64,000 nucleotides of DNA, from positions 593,316-657,315 of the forward strand of contig NW_003314291.1 in NCBI RefSeq assembly GCF_000143415.4, read 5' to 3'. The position numbers and the translations under genes are program-made. A model generated the notes under the pieces. The model was not told where the DNA came from. It worked only from the letters and a program-made list of their open reading frames with translations, and did not search any database. This DNA comes from Selaginella moellendorffii. Its lineage: Eukaryota > Plantae > Lycopodiophyta. This document shows positions 11,205 through 25,800 of the stretch, in pieces; position 1 is the stretch's first letter, and the number at the start of each line of letters is the position of its first letter.

Positions 11205-14200
11205 TTACATATCAGAGTGAAGCTCGCTATCTCTCGAGTTGCTGCCCAGCGAAGGAACGGTGATGGCCATGAAGGAATAAGCAGGCAACGTTATTCCCAT
11301 TTGATTTTTCCCAGACATTGTCACAGTCTTGGTAACCACCTGGAAAAATCAAGGAAAAATCAAGACACAGGAAAGTTTACTAAGAACTTTCTTTCTTTTT
11401 TTCTGTATAGCTGACCTTCGTGGGATTGCTGAAAGAATTTTCATCCATGACGTTGTTTGACGTGAGAATCACAGCAGTGGAGTTTGCGGAATTCCAGAAT
11501 GATCCATCAATGTTGAGCTTAAGCCCCACTGCTTTGTTTCCAAAGTTCACGGCCTTAACAGAAAAGAATCCATCCATTATACAAAAGAAAACAAGAAACT
11601 TTTCTTTTGCTCACCTTTACGATGATGGATGGATCGTTTGTGTCTGAAGAACGAATTGCCGAAGTTACCACGCTATTAACATTGGTACTGCCCGTAATGT
11701 TGGAGGGTAAGAGTGTAGCTCCACTTGAGAGCTTGAAGAACTTTTGGACCCAGTAGCTTGGCGTTCCATACGATTGCCACGAGTCGTAGACTATAGAATC
11801 TGGATTCCATCTATAATCAAGTGCCAAAGCCAGTGCATAGTCCTTGATTAAAATCATTGGAGTTCTTGAAAAATTTCTATCATACCTGCGATCGTTGTTA
11901 TTTACAAAGAGGGGAGCGTAGCTTGTCATATGCACAACATCACTATGGTACAAAAAGTTACGCTCGAAATTTATTTCTAATGGAAGTTACCTGTTTCGCT
12001 CAATGCCAATCAAGAATGCTGCTTCTGCGAGTGCAGCCAAGAGACTCCCGCGGCCAGCATCGTTGCCAGTGACCGCGTACTCACTCACAAACGCCTAAAA
12101 AATCGAAGAAAACAGTAAGAAATGGGAAGAACGTCACTAAAGCTATACCTTTGGTCCATCGTTTCTAGATATCTTATCGAACTGGTGATTCATATTGAAG
12201 AGATTGCTAGCGGACGTATAAATCTGAGAAAAGCACGCATTAAAACATGTATGTGTACTAAGTCAGCTTTTTTCTGTACGTGGAAATCGTAGAGGTCGGC
12301 TGGATGGTCGAGTTGTCTGTATGATCCATCGCAGTTTGTGACAATGCTAATATCGGGGTAGTATTTCTTGATGGCATAGTAGAATTGGAGATAATTGTCT
12401 GCTCATTCGATAGACCAATCAAAGAAGAACAAAAATAAAGAACTCGAAAGAGTCATTACCTCTATAGTACTGCTTTCCACAGTCCTCGTTTCCTATCGCG
12501 ACATACTTGAGATTAAAAGGCTCTGGATGACCCATCTGAGCACGCAATGCTCCATATTTGCTAGAGCTGGAGCCAAGAGCAAATTCCAGTCCATCCAGAG
12601 CTTCCTGGATGCAAGAACCATCAGAATCTCCTCAAAAGCTTAAAGCTTATAATACATCTCACGACGTAGTACCTGGACGAAAGGTCCAATAAGTGAAGTA
12701 GCAACTTCATCCGTGTGACTAACGCCTGATAGAGAATCAAAGTTATGCTTGGAAGTTTGTCAAGAGTTCTTTGTTTGCGTACCATTGTTGAACACCCATA
12801 TTGGCAATGCGTCCAAGTCTTCTGCAAGCTAGAATGATAGAAACTTGTCCTGTTAGAGTCCGCTGGAAGCAAGACAAACTTCCACGCTAGAAAACTTACT
12901 TGGAGGAACTCAAAGTAGCCGATTCCATCGTCGGACCAGTACCCCCACACGTCGCCGAGATGGCCGGGCCTTTCTTCCCATGGACCAACCGAGGCTCGCC
13001 ATCTCCAAGCATTTTGGAGTCTCTCACCTTCAACATAGCATCCTCCTGCCAAAGTTGATATCACAGACACACACAAAAATCTCGAGAATTTCAGCTGGCC
13101 AAAATATTTGAGCTGCAAACCTGGGAATCGAATGAAGCGAGGCTTGAGTTCTTCGAGCATGAGAGCCAAATCTTTTCTAAATCCGTGTCCCTGGAGCCAG
13201 AAGGAAAGAAAAGCACGAGGAATAAGAGCTTCGTTTTGATTTTGGTTTTTATAAGACTAACTTACCTTGTAAGTTTCCACAGGCATCGCGGAGACTTGAT
13301 CAATCCAAAAGACTGTTTTTTCTTTGCTTGTGACTGTCAGCTGGGCATAATGATCTGTGGCTTGTGCTTTCAAGACGATCTCCTGCTTTGTCCACCCCTT
13401 CGTGCCATCGCTGAAAACTCTACAAAGTTAGACAAAGAAAAACAAATAGTTCCATCAAACCAAAAGAAAACTCACACGTTGATCGTGTCACTTTGAGCCA
13501 GTGTCACAGAACTGTCGGAAGATACAAAGGAGACAACGACACTGCTGGATGTGGCTGCTTTCAACCAGAAAATAATTTTGTACTCGTCTCCAGCACGAAC
13601 GTCCTATAGGATGATCCAATACAAACTCATAAAAAAACCAAAGAATTCGGAGAACTGAGAAGATGAAAGCGAGCTCACCATTCCCCAGTAGCCAGGATTG
13701 GCTACACCAACAGGAGCCTGGCAGCTATCGCACAAAACCTCCACTCGCAAGGCGATGGGATTTCTCGCGAACGGAGAAGCACGCTCGGTGGCGAGCAAAA
13801 CATCCGAGGAGCTTCCAACCGGGGTCCATGGCGCAATGTTGGAGGGTGTGTTTTGTCCACCAGCTTCGAAGCCTTGATCCCCAAAATCTCACAAAGTCAC
13901 CAGTGGTCGAAAAAATAGAAAAAAAAGAAAAAAGAAGAGAGAGGTGTATTCTAACCTCGATTGCTCACGAGCTCAGACCAAAGTCCACCGTTTCCAGCGT
14001 GATTGATCTCCTGGGCGAAGATGAAAACGTATCGATAGCTATTAGCGATGGCCCCAAAACGAAGAAACGAATAGACTTTACCTCGAAAAAAATGCCAAAG
14101 AGAGTGCTTGGTATGGGCGTGCCATCGCCTTCATCCGAGAGGACATGCATGGTGATGGATCTGCCATGGGCGCAATAGATGGACAGAAAAATCACAAGCG

Positions 14201-14222
14201 GCAGCAAGAGGAGGAGCTCCAT
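11205..14222 (-). CDS. ASD1: Alpha-L-arabinofuranosidase, glycoside hydrolase family 51 (multi-exon, signal peptide)
   Basis: Signal peptide [46 protein letters not shown] (acid/base), FVSEYA (nucleophile), [23 protein letters not shown]. Confidence 0.92.
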
Positions 14223-14829
14223 GGATTTTTCTTCCTATCTTGTGCCTATCTATCTTACCCAAACGCTACTGTGCTTATATAACATGGACATTGTCGTAGC
14301 TTGGACGACGCCCTTCTCTTCGGGGCTCCTCAAATCACAATCGGGCAATTGAGTAAAAGTCATCCAGAATGACTCCTTTTCTTGTCAGCTAGTCCTTCCA
14401 ATCGAATGGGATAGACATTGAAATAAAAAGTTTAAGAATTTAAGGGCTTTATAAGAAAATAATGGAGGTTTTAGTTTCAGTTTATTATTATATATAACAA
14501 AAATTTAATAAGTATCTATATTATAAGTAATACAGTTTAGAAGTTAACTAAGTAACCAAATTTGTGGAATATTTAAATTCAAAGAACCTTAACTCTAAAG
14601 TTTTAATGAATTAAAAAAAGTGCATTCTTATTCATGTGCCTTTCTCACTATCTTTATTTGCTTATAATCGTTTTGTTTATAGTCCACCATATTTAATAAC
14701 ATGCAGATTAATAAATATTACGTGCAATATAATTGATAAACAATCACTTTCAAAATAACTTTCAACTCAAGTTTAAGAATACACTTTAGTAGTAAAACAT
14801 ATTTAAAACAGAAAAAGTATATTATAACT

Positions 14830-16745
14830 CTAAGGTTTAGGGTTTACTTGTCTACTTCTCTCCTTGGTCAATTCATTCAACCTCTTCCTCTCACTTTCAA
14901 TCTCTTCACACCCAACTCCAAGCTTCTCCTCTTTGATCTTGATGATACTCTGTAGCAAGATGATTGCTTCATCCAATCTGCAACACACCAATTCACCAAG
15001 ATCAGGGAGAGCTCTTGCAAACCAAACCAAAAGAAACGAAATCCCACCTCCCAAGAGCATCGTAGGTGGCCGCCAAGTTCATGCTCACATCGATGGTGTC
15101 CGGGTGATCGATCCCACACGCCTGCTCCAGCAAGCTCCTCGCCTCCTGGAAGCACTCCCCGGCATCCACAATCTCGTACAGCTCCACGCACGCCAGCCCC
15201 ATTTGATTGAGCAGCAATCCCAAGAACACCATCTTCTTCTCGGGCAAACAAGCCTGATCCGGCGACGCCGCCTTGATCTTCATCACCGCGCTCTTGAAAG
15301 TCACAAGCGCCTCGCCGAATTTTCCAAGAACGTAGTAGAGAATCCCCATCTGCGCCTCGATCGCGGCCACGGCGCTCTGCTGCCCGAGATTATACTGCGC
15401 CGCCGGCTCGATCGCGTCGAGCACGCTGCCCAGCAGCTGGATCGCGCGCTCCGGCTCGTCCAGCGCGCCATACAGCGCCGCGATCTCTGTCAATCCGCTG
15501 ATAATCTCGTCCAGCGCCTGCTGCTGCCGCGGGATTCTACTCCCCTGGATCAAACCCTCGTTCTTGGTGAAGAGCTTGAGCGCCGTGTCGCAATACGTGC
15601 GGCATTCGCGATTCTTGCCTGTTCTGAGGTAGAGATCGGCGAGACTCACATAGATTGACGCCACCGACGCGTGATCTTCCCCTCTCGCGGATTTGAAGAC
15701 CGTGAGCGCCTTCTGGTAGGCAAACACCGCATCGTCGAAGCGCCCTAGGGCAACGTAGGTGTCGCCAATGCTCGCCTCCACGGCCGCCACCTCGAGATCG
15801 TGGCCGTTGGATTGGATGAGTGACATGCTGGCAAGGACGAGGTACTCGAGCGCCACGTCATGCTGGCCCTTCCCGCCACAGATGAGCGCCATGAGCCGTC
15901 GATCCGCGGCCTCCTCGACCGATCCCGGCCGTCCGATGTGGGCGTGGATCTGGAGCAGCTCCAGGCACATTGCCTCGGCCTCGTCGAATTCCAAGTTCTA
16001 GAGGAAGAAGAACGAACGAACGATTAGGGCTAGAGGAGGGCGACGATCGGGGAGGCGAATTCGCGGAGAATTCGCGAGAATTGGAGCTTACTTGCAAGTG
16101 GGCCTCGGCGAGATAGCGGCAAGTCTGCGCGACGCCGGGATCTCGATCGCCCACGGCCTTCTTCTGGAGATCCAGTGCGGTGTGATACGCCTGGAGTGAT
16201 TCGGGGTGCCGGCCCATCAATCCATAGGTGTCGCCCAGGTGCATGTAGCCGCTGAAGATCGCGAGCGCGTGCTCGGTGCCCCGGCCAGCGTCAGGAGCCC
16301 TAATCGAGCGCTCCAGCGCGGCGATGGCGTCGCCGAATTGGCGGAGCCGGCAGTGGACAGCGGCCAGCGCGTGGAGGCTCATGGCCAGCTCGATCGAATT
16401 GCCGCCCGATTGCTCGTCCTCCTCGAAGAATTTCACCGCCTGGAGCGCGTAGTCCAGCGCCCTCTGCGGAGCGGTGGCGCCGCTGATGGATTTGGAGAGG
16501 CTCTTGAGCGCCGCCGCGGAAATTGGGGCGAAGGATCGCGCGGGGGATTGGCCCTTGGGGTTGGAGCTCCTCCGGATCGTCTCCTTGCTCCCGCGCGGCG
16601 GCTTGTTGGGGCTGCCAGGCACGATCCGCGGCAATTCCGGTGGATTGCTCCTCCTGCCGCTGGTGATCCTGGCATTGGCGCCGCGATTCGTGTTCTCCTT
16701 GTCCTTGAAATCTGCGCTCTTACTCTCCATTCTCTCGAAATTCAC
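14830..16745 (-). CDS. Kinesin light chain-related TPR protein (KLCR/CMU family), 3 exons
   Basis: SLHALAAVHC, FSGYMHLGDTY, TCRYLAEAHLQ, EEAADRRLMALIC, ALEYLVLASM, YQKALTVFKS, IEAQMGILYY, NLAATYDALGR, KEEKLG. Confidence 0.87.
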
Positions 16746-17391
16746 TGCCCAGCACTGCTAGATCTCCCGTGGATTGGTACACCCATTGGAAGAGCACAGA
16801 TCAGCTCTAGAAAAGGATTTTTTTCTCTTCCCTCTCCCTTGCAAGTCAATCCACCAATTACTTTGAAGAAAGTTTCCAATTATTTTCACATCAATCAACA
16901 CCAATGTGGTTGGGATCTCTTCTTTCCATCTCACGATGCAACTTTTGCAACTTTTGATTATCGCTTGAATCTTCCATGAATTACTATCAAAATCGCATTT
17001 TTAAAGGCTAGAAGTGGAACCCAGCCAAAGATCACACTCTTACTCTTTTCCTTTCGTTCTAGCGACAAGGATATATTTTTCTTTTGGCCATGTTGGTACA
17101 ATGTCACACTCTGGCCAATAGAGAAAGGCATGAAGCAAGAAAATTCAATGTTCCATTTGCTACAAGACATTGTTTGCCAGCCAACTTCTTTCACAAACAT
17201 TAAAGCACTTCCATTCCCAGCTTATTTAGTTCTTAAAAACCACACCACCATCTCCATCCAGCCCAGCATCAAATCAGAGAATGCTTCCTCTAGTATCAAA
17301 GCACCTTAGTTTAGTTTCCTCTTCTCGCAGGAGAGGACTTATGCTTACGCCGGGCCTGGCAGAGATCAAACTTAAAACCACTCTCCAAATC

Positions 17392-19414
<2,023 letters not shown>

Positions 19415-20243
19415 GATTGAGGTCTTGTGCATTCAACTGTTACGATTAGGCCTTTCCTGAGCTGCTGAAACCCCCCTCTACATAAATACGGTAGCTGAAA
19501 ATATCTGAAGTACGTTCTAACGATGTCTTCCATCTGCGAGCCGGGTACCGAGATCCTCCATCCCGGAGGACTAAACCGCAAAAACTAGAGCCTAGGACGC
19601 ATCGAGCAGCTTCGTCCATTTCAGAACCGGCAGAACCATGACGATTTGTCATCGCAGCAGGACAACTGCTGCCAAAAGCACGACTCATCCATGACGCTGC
19701 ATCAACAGCCCTCCTAGTCCCGTCCAAACTATGCCCCCTTTCGCCAGCCTAACAATTGGAGGCGGTGCAAACCGCCCAACACCATAGATGATTGGCATTC
19801 CTTCTATGCTCATGGGCTCAGGCACCACAATTCTGCAAGTAAAATTCACCGTCAGCCAGCTGATTCGAGCAAGCTTGCCGCGAGAAAATCGGCGCCAAGA
19901 GCGAGGAGGAGTTCTAGAGGGCGAGAATTTTGGGCGCTACTGCTGCTCTACTTACCCCAGGAATTGTGAAACGAGCCGATACAGCCCGGCGCCTGGAGGC
20001 GCCTGGAGAGATTGATGCCTGCCGCCGCCTTGCTGCACTGTTGCCCCACCCCCCGACGCCGCCAAACCCTAGCCCTTGCTCCTGGCCAGCCCTAATAAGG
20101 ACAGTGAATTTTTTTCTTGGTGGTGCCGCCGTTGGATTGGGCCGTCAAAAGCAACGATGTGGAAATCGAAAACTATTTTGCGCGTAAAACTATTCCCTTT
20201 TAAATATCAAAGAATGTTTTTGCGGGCTTCTATACACATACGA

Positions 20244-20314
20244 GCACTGCTGGTCTAGTGGTAGAATAGTTCCCTGCCACGGAACAGACCCGGGTTCGAT
20301 TCCCGGGCAGTGCA
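20244..20314 (+). tRNA. tRNA-Gly (anticodon GCC)
   Basis: Acceptor stem GCACTGC/GCAGTGC, A box TGGTCTAGTGG, anticodon arm GTTCC-CTGCCAC-GGAAC, B box GGTTCGATTCC. Confidence 0.97.
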
Positions 20315-20319
20315 TTTTT
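20315..20319 (+). terminator. Pol III oligo-T terminator of tRNA-Gly
   Basis: TTTTT immediately after the discriminator base. Confidence 0.75.
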
Positions 20320-20810
20320 CCACCACATGAATAATCTTTTTGTTGGCTTCAATACATTATTTTGTTCTTGGAAGGTTTATCTCTTTGATTGCTAATGGTT
20401 TCATTCCAAGACTGTAAAAATCGATCAATCGGAGAAATGGATCCCAGAAACACGACAATTAATTAGATGGTTCTTTAAACTAAAGTCGTGAGTGAGTGGG
20501 AAGCAAAAGAGTGGAAAATAAAAGGAGCTAGAAGAGGAAGCCCTAGTTTTGTGGGTCATGGCGGAGGCAACGGGGCCGATCGCGCTGGCACGTTACGCAT
20601 CATCGATCTCGTAGTCGAGCGAGGTGCTGTGAGCGAGCGATCGATCGTCTCTTCCATGATCTAGCGCCAGCCAGTCCCTGCGCATTGGGAATTCCATCAG
20701 ACGGATCGATCGATCGATCGGTCTACTTCCAAGGGATTTCAGGGTTCTAGCTGCGATCGGAGCTGCGGGTGATATTTCGGAAGGAATTCTTCGCGCGGTG
20801 GATTAGCAGC

Positions 20811-22376
20811 ATGAACGATCTTCTAGCGGTAGAAACCCCCATCGGCTGGAAAGCTCTCTTGGTTTTGAAAGTTTGTCTTGGTCTTCTTTCTTCCAGGGTT
20901 CTTCGCCGCAAGCTAGGATCAGCGGCGACTCAAATGGAGACCTGGAAGCCGGGGTCGCTAACACAGGGATGGAGGATTTCCTTCAGGAGGTTCGTGTCTA
21001 TGCCTTCTGGAAAAGAGAATTTTTTATTCATCGGGGATTTTCTCATCAGGTTGGACATATCACTACCTCAATGGGACAGATTAGAAAAAACCTTCACAAG
21101 CTACAGGTAGTGATCTCTTTTTTTTTTCCTTGTTCTTGAGACGCCTTGTGACCGGAATCATTTCAGGAAGCACACGAGGAATCTAAGACTGTCACCAAGG
21201 CGGCAGCAATGAAAGGTTCGTCAGTGAGGGGTGTTGGAAAAATTCTTTTCTAACATCAATGCCCTTGTCTTTCACCACTACGCAGCTTTAAAGAAGCGGA
21301 TGGAAGCGGACGTTGATGAGGTTAGCAAAGCCGCGCGAAAGATCAAAGTGAAGCTGGAGGCGTTGGATAAATCTGTGAGTTTTCTCGTTGATTTGGTGGA
21401 TCAGTCTCGTTGGTTTTATACTTTTCGCAGAATATATCTAATCGTAAGAAACCGGGATGTGGCGAAGGATCGAGTATTGACAGGCAAAGGATGTCGATGA
21501 CTGCGTATGTCGATCTATAGTTTTCGTGCTTGGTTCAATGATTATCAATTCTTAACAGAACTCTCAAGAAGAAGCTAAAGGACCTCATGGGAGAGTTCCA
21601 AGTAAGCCAGCTATCTTCGTAAAGAAAGAAAAGGCTAATAATGTAAAACTGGGTTTTGTCTCAGGACTTACGACAGAAATTCCAGGACGAGTACAGAGAA
21701 GTTGTCGAAAGAAGAATCTTTACTGGTGAGTGAAGAGGACATTGTTTCTTTCGCTTATAGAACTAAAACTTGTTCTTCCAGTCACTGGTAAAAGGCCAGA
21801 AGAGAATATGATAGAGCAGCTGATTGAAACTGGTGACAGTGAATCAATATTCCAAAAAGCTATCCAAGAACAAGGGCGTGGGCAGGTGATTTTAGCTCTG
21901 GAACAAGCTCGTTCGTAACGCTGGATTGCTTGCTACAGATTTTAGATACCGTAGCCGAAATCCAGGAAAGACACGACGCAGTCAAGGACATGGAAAAGAA
22001 ACTGCTGGAGCTCCATCAGGTTTACAAGAGAAACAAAAAACTTTCGTGCCAAGAATCTCACTGTGCGTTTCCTTTGCTGCAGATATTCTTGGATATGGCT
22101 GTCCTCGTTGAGGCGCAGGGAGAGATGCTGGACAACATAGAAACACAAGTAAGAATCACCCTCAAAACTTTTAAAAACTGATCGATCGATCTTGCGCAGG
22201 TTTCCAAGGCGGTGGATCACGTCCAGGCGGGCACGAGCGCTCTCAAGAGGACCAAGCAGTTGCAACGCAGCAAGAGGAAATGGATGTGCATTGCCATCAT
22301 CATACTTCTAATAGTGATCGCTGTCATTGTTGTAGGTATCGTAAAGCCCTGGCAAAGCAAGTCTATCGGGAGATAG
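20811..22376 (+). CDS. Qa-SNARE syntaxin of the SYP13 (SYP131/132-like) group, multi-exon
   Basis: [96 protein letters not shown]-terminal TM ([11 protein letters not shown]...VKPW). Confidence 0.93.
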
Positions 22377-22849
22377 ATGTCTTACGCTAGCAAGCACGCA
22401 TCGTGTTGTTTGATCGATTTTTACAGTAACAGGGTGACCATATTTACACGATTTACTTGTGCTGAAAATCTTTGTAAAAGGATGAGTAGTTGTTTTTTGT
22501 TTGTGAGTTTATTGCGAAGTACAGGAACCTCAATGAGGAACGTTTCTTTCGCAAATTCAATCTAGAAAGTGTTTAGCCGATTCTCGGCAGTATGATACCA
22601 GGTACATGGCTGTGTTTTCTTCTGGACTTATTCAAATAAAAGGTCCTTGAGTTTAGCAAGCTTCACTGACTTCAAGATCAGATAAACTCCTTTTTCTTCT
22701 GGTATAAGATGATAGCACCTACAAAACAGTAGAGACTCACCTCACTGAATAATAAGGATTCATACTTTCCAAATCCTGCGAGAAAAGGAAAAAGATGCCC
22801 TGCTGTAGACATCTTCGTAAATTAGCAGTGGTATTGTCACACACAAAAA

Positions 22850-25800
22850 AAAAACAATAAGAATGAGATCAAGACAAAAAAAAAAAAATATTAAAGTTAT
22901 AGTGAACTTAATAATTTCACAACTCTCTACACATTATATAGATAAATTTTTTTAAAGATATTTCTTTTTTTTTAAAATTAAATATTTAATACATGCCATA
23001 ATATGTTAGAACATAAAATAAGATGTTTGCAAAAAAAAGTATTCTTGTCACTTCCTTAAATTTGTACTCTGTGCTTTATGGCTAGTAAATATTAGGTTTG
23101 TCAAAATTTAAAAATTATTAAATTTGAAATAACATTCTATATAAAGCCATATAATTGTTTGAAAGGAAAAAAAAACCATTAATGTAAGCTTTTTGTATAT
23201 AAAAGAGAGATTTGATTTTTTTCTAGAATACATTCTTGAAGAGTTTTGTTATAGCATATTGTCTAAAATTTATAGATTTTCATTTACTCTATCTCAATTC
23301 AAGGATAAAGTCAATTTTGTATTGCAACTTCCCCTCTCAAGATTCACACATCCCAGATTTTATCTTAAAAAATCCTAGATTTTATCCTATTTTTAATAAT
23401 ATAATATAAAAAGGATATTATTGTAATGCATAAAATACAACAAATGTACCTCCTCAGGCTAGTAGTAGGTTGTACTCCTCGTAGTAAGTCTCGCAAACTA
23501 GCCTTATTTAGTTGAATCTTTTGACAATCTAAATTGAGTAACCTGTTTATAATAAAATCCTTAAGGATGGTCTTTTGAATATACTTTGGAGTTGCAAATG
23601 AACTTTTCACAGCCTCTTTTTGCACAACATCTTTAAAATAGTTGAAAGAATTTTTTTGTATCCCTTTCTGCATTGGATATATGTGTGTGCCAACATGCAC
23701 TGCAAATCTTCTAGCCACTTCATTCCGTGGAAGAAAGTAGTACATCTTGGCCTCGTAGATAGCACAACATATAAAAACATTTTTCCAAAATTGACACTTG
23801 AATCTAATAGCAACAGTGTCACATATAAGAGGATTTTTTGTAGACCCTTTGAAAAATATAGAATTTCTATAGCAATTTTGATTACATGCTTCCTTCACAC
23901 AATCTAAATATCTATCACAATAAACTATAGATAATATGCCTTTGAAATGTTAGAAGTGTGATCTTGATCTTGCACTAATTGTAGACATCCTGCTTGATTT
24001 CCATCCCCTTTTGTTTGGAACTTATACTATTGACAAGAGGTAAGAAAATGTTGTTATAAAGGATGCAAGCTCAACTATAGGCCTATACAAAAACAAGTTT
24101 ATGTCAATTGAGAGCCATAAAAACTAAAAAGCATTGTTAATGGCTTTGAGTATTTATGAAGATAGAGTTAGTGAATTTGGCTTTAGCACTAATAAGACTT
24201 CTCCACTTAAAGTATAAGAAGAGGAAAATATGATGATTGACTCTTGTTTCACATTTATTTTTGCTGGAGTGCATCTTGGCATTTTGACTGGAGATCCAAA
24301 AACTCAAATCTCCTTCAATTTAGAATTCTATAAATCCTATTGTTGTTTGCCCTCACCCACACTAGAAAAAAGAAACTCTGAGTATACAACTATATTGGTG
24401 TTTTTGTGAATTATAGCCTCTAAAGAAATAAAGCCACAACGAAGATTAAAATGTTGACATAAAAACTTTTAAAAATAATACTCTAAGTGAATGAAAGAGG
24501 TGGGTGATCTTGAAAATGTAGAAGAAACTTCTTTATCCTTCTCAATAAGTTTTAAAGTTCTCTCTCTCTTTGTGTTGTTTGTAAAAATCCATAATGAAAC
24601 ATAATTGAAATTTAAGGAGAGCAATAAGAAAATACCAACAATGTACAAAATAAATTTAAATTCTATAGAAAATTTAACATGTGCATGTGTGATAATATTA
24701 ATATTACTATCATCTATTATGATGTCTAATGTATGTACACACATAGATCCAAGGAAGGATTTTCAACACGTGAAGTTTAATAGTCAATAATGATATCAAT
24801 AATGACATTTTGTGATAGCGTATCAATCCAAGAGATCTAATTTGATTGTTAGCACGTGTAATGTGTCAAGTTGTCAAATCGTAAATGCTAGATGATGATA
24901 AATCTTGTCAAATCTTATTCTCTAATGACAAATTCAATTCTTAGTATGACTTGAGTTTTATCCATAATTATGAACACTGTTCAATAACATTTAAAGCATG
25001 TGCCTATTATTTAGGATTTAATACAATAGAAAATAAATTTCTAAATATCTCCACCACCACCACCTACACCCTTAATCTTTATAGGCCCACCACCAATACA
25101 AATCCTTGAAGTTAGGCAATCTAACAAAGTTCATAATAAGGAATCTAACAAACAATCTGGAGCTAAAAAAGTTGTAAACCTTCTTAACAATATGGTGGAT
25201 AAGCACTTCCAAAAAATTATTATGCAAATAAGGGAAAAAATTATTTATCAAACACTTGAGGCACTCAAGTGACTAATCTCTAGTAATTTGATCAAAAAAA
25301 TCCCCCTTTGCCATTTGTAGCAAATGAACTTTATGCACACAACAACTAAGTATGTCAACCTAAACATATATAACCTATTCAAACAGAATGGCTTAACAAT
25401 GAATATTGGTATATTTTTAATTTCTTTTTGCAAGTCAGGGACAATAGAAATTGTTACCATTACATTTTAGATCATGAACCAAAAAATCAATATGTGAGTT
25501 TTAAAATTTCACTTCCAACTCCACTTTAATTTGTTTTGTCATATTTGAACATAAGCTTACAGACTTGAGTGAGGATAACATCCAACAACATTAACTAGAG
25601 ACTATAGTTAAAATTTATGTTCACAAATGTAAGTTTTTTATTGCATGCTTCATTTTTGTTAATTATACAAATGTTACTTTTGCAATGAACAAAACTTTAG
25701 ATGACATGATTTACAATATTGTAAAATTAAGGCTTCTATACAAGCAACAGATCAAGACTTTACAATTCTTCAATATTTTCTTAATGAATAGAAAAAAAGG

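Noticed and set aside
14864-16979. Long + strand ORFs (264 aa, 257 aa) opposite the KLCR gene
   Set aside because: Antisense shadows of GC-rich coding sequence.
20315-20450. Possible dicistronic tRNA-Gly-snoRNA, as known in some angiosperms
   Set aside because: A T5 terminator follows the tRNA directly and I see no convincing C/D box pair.
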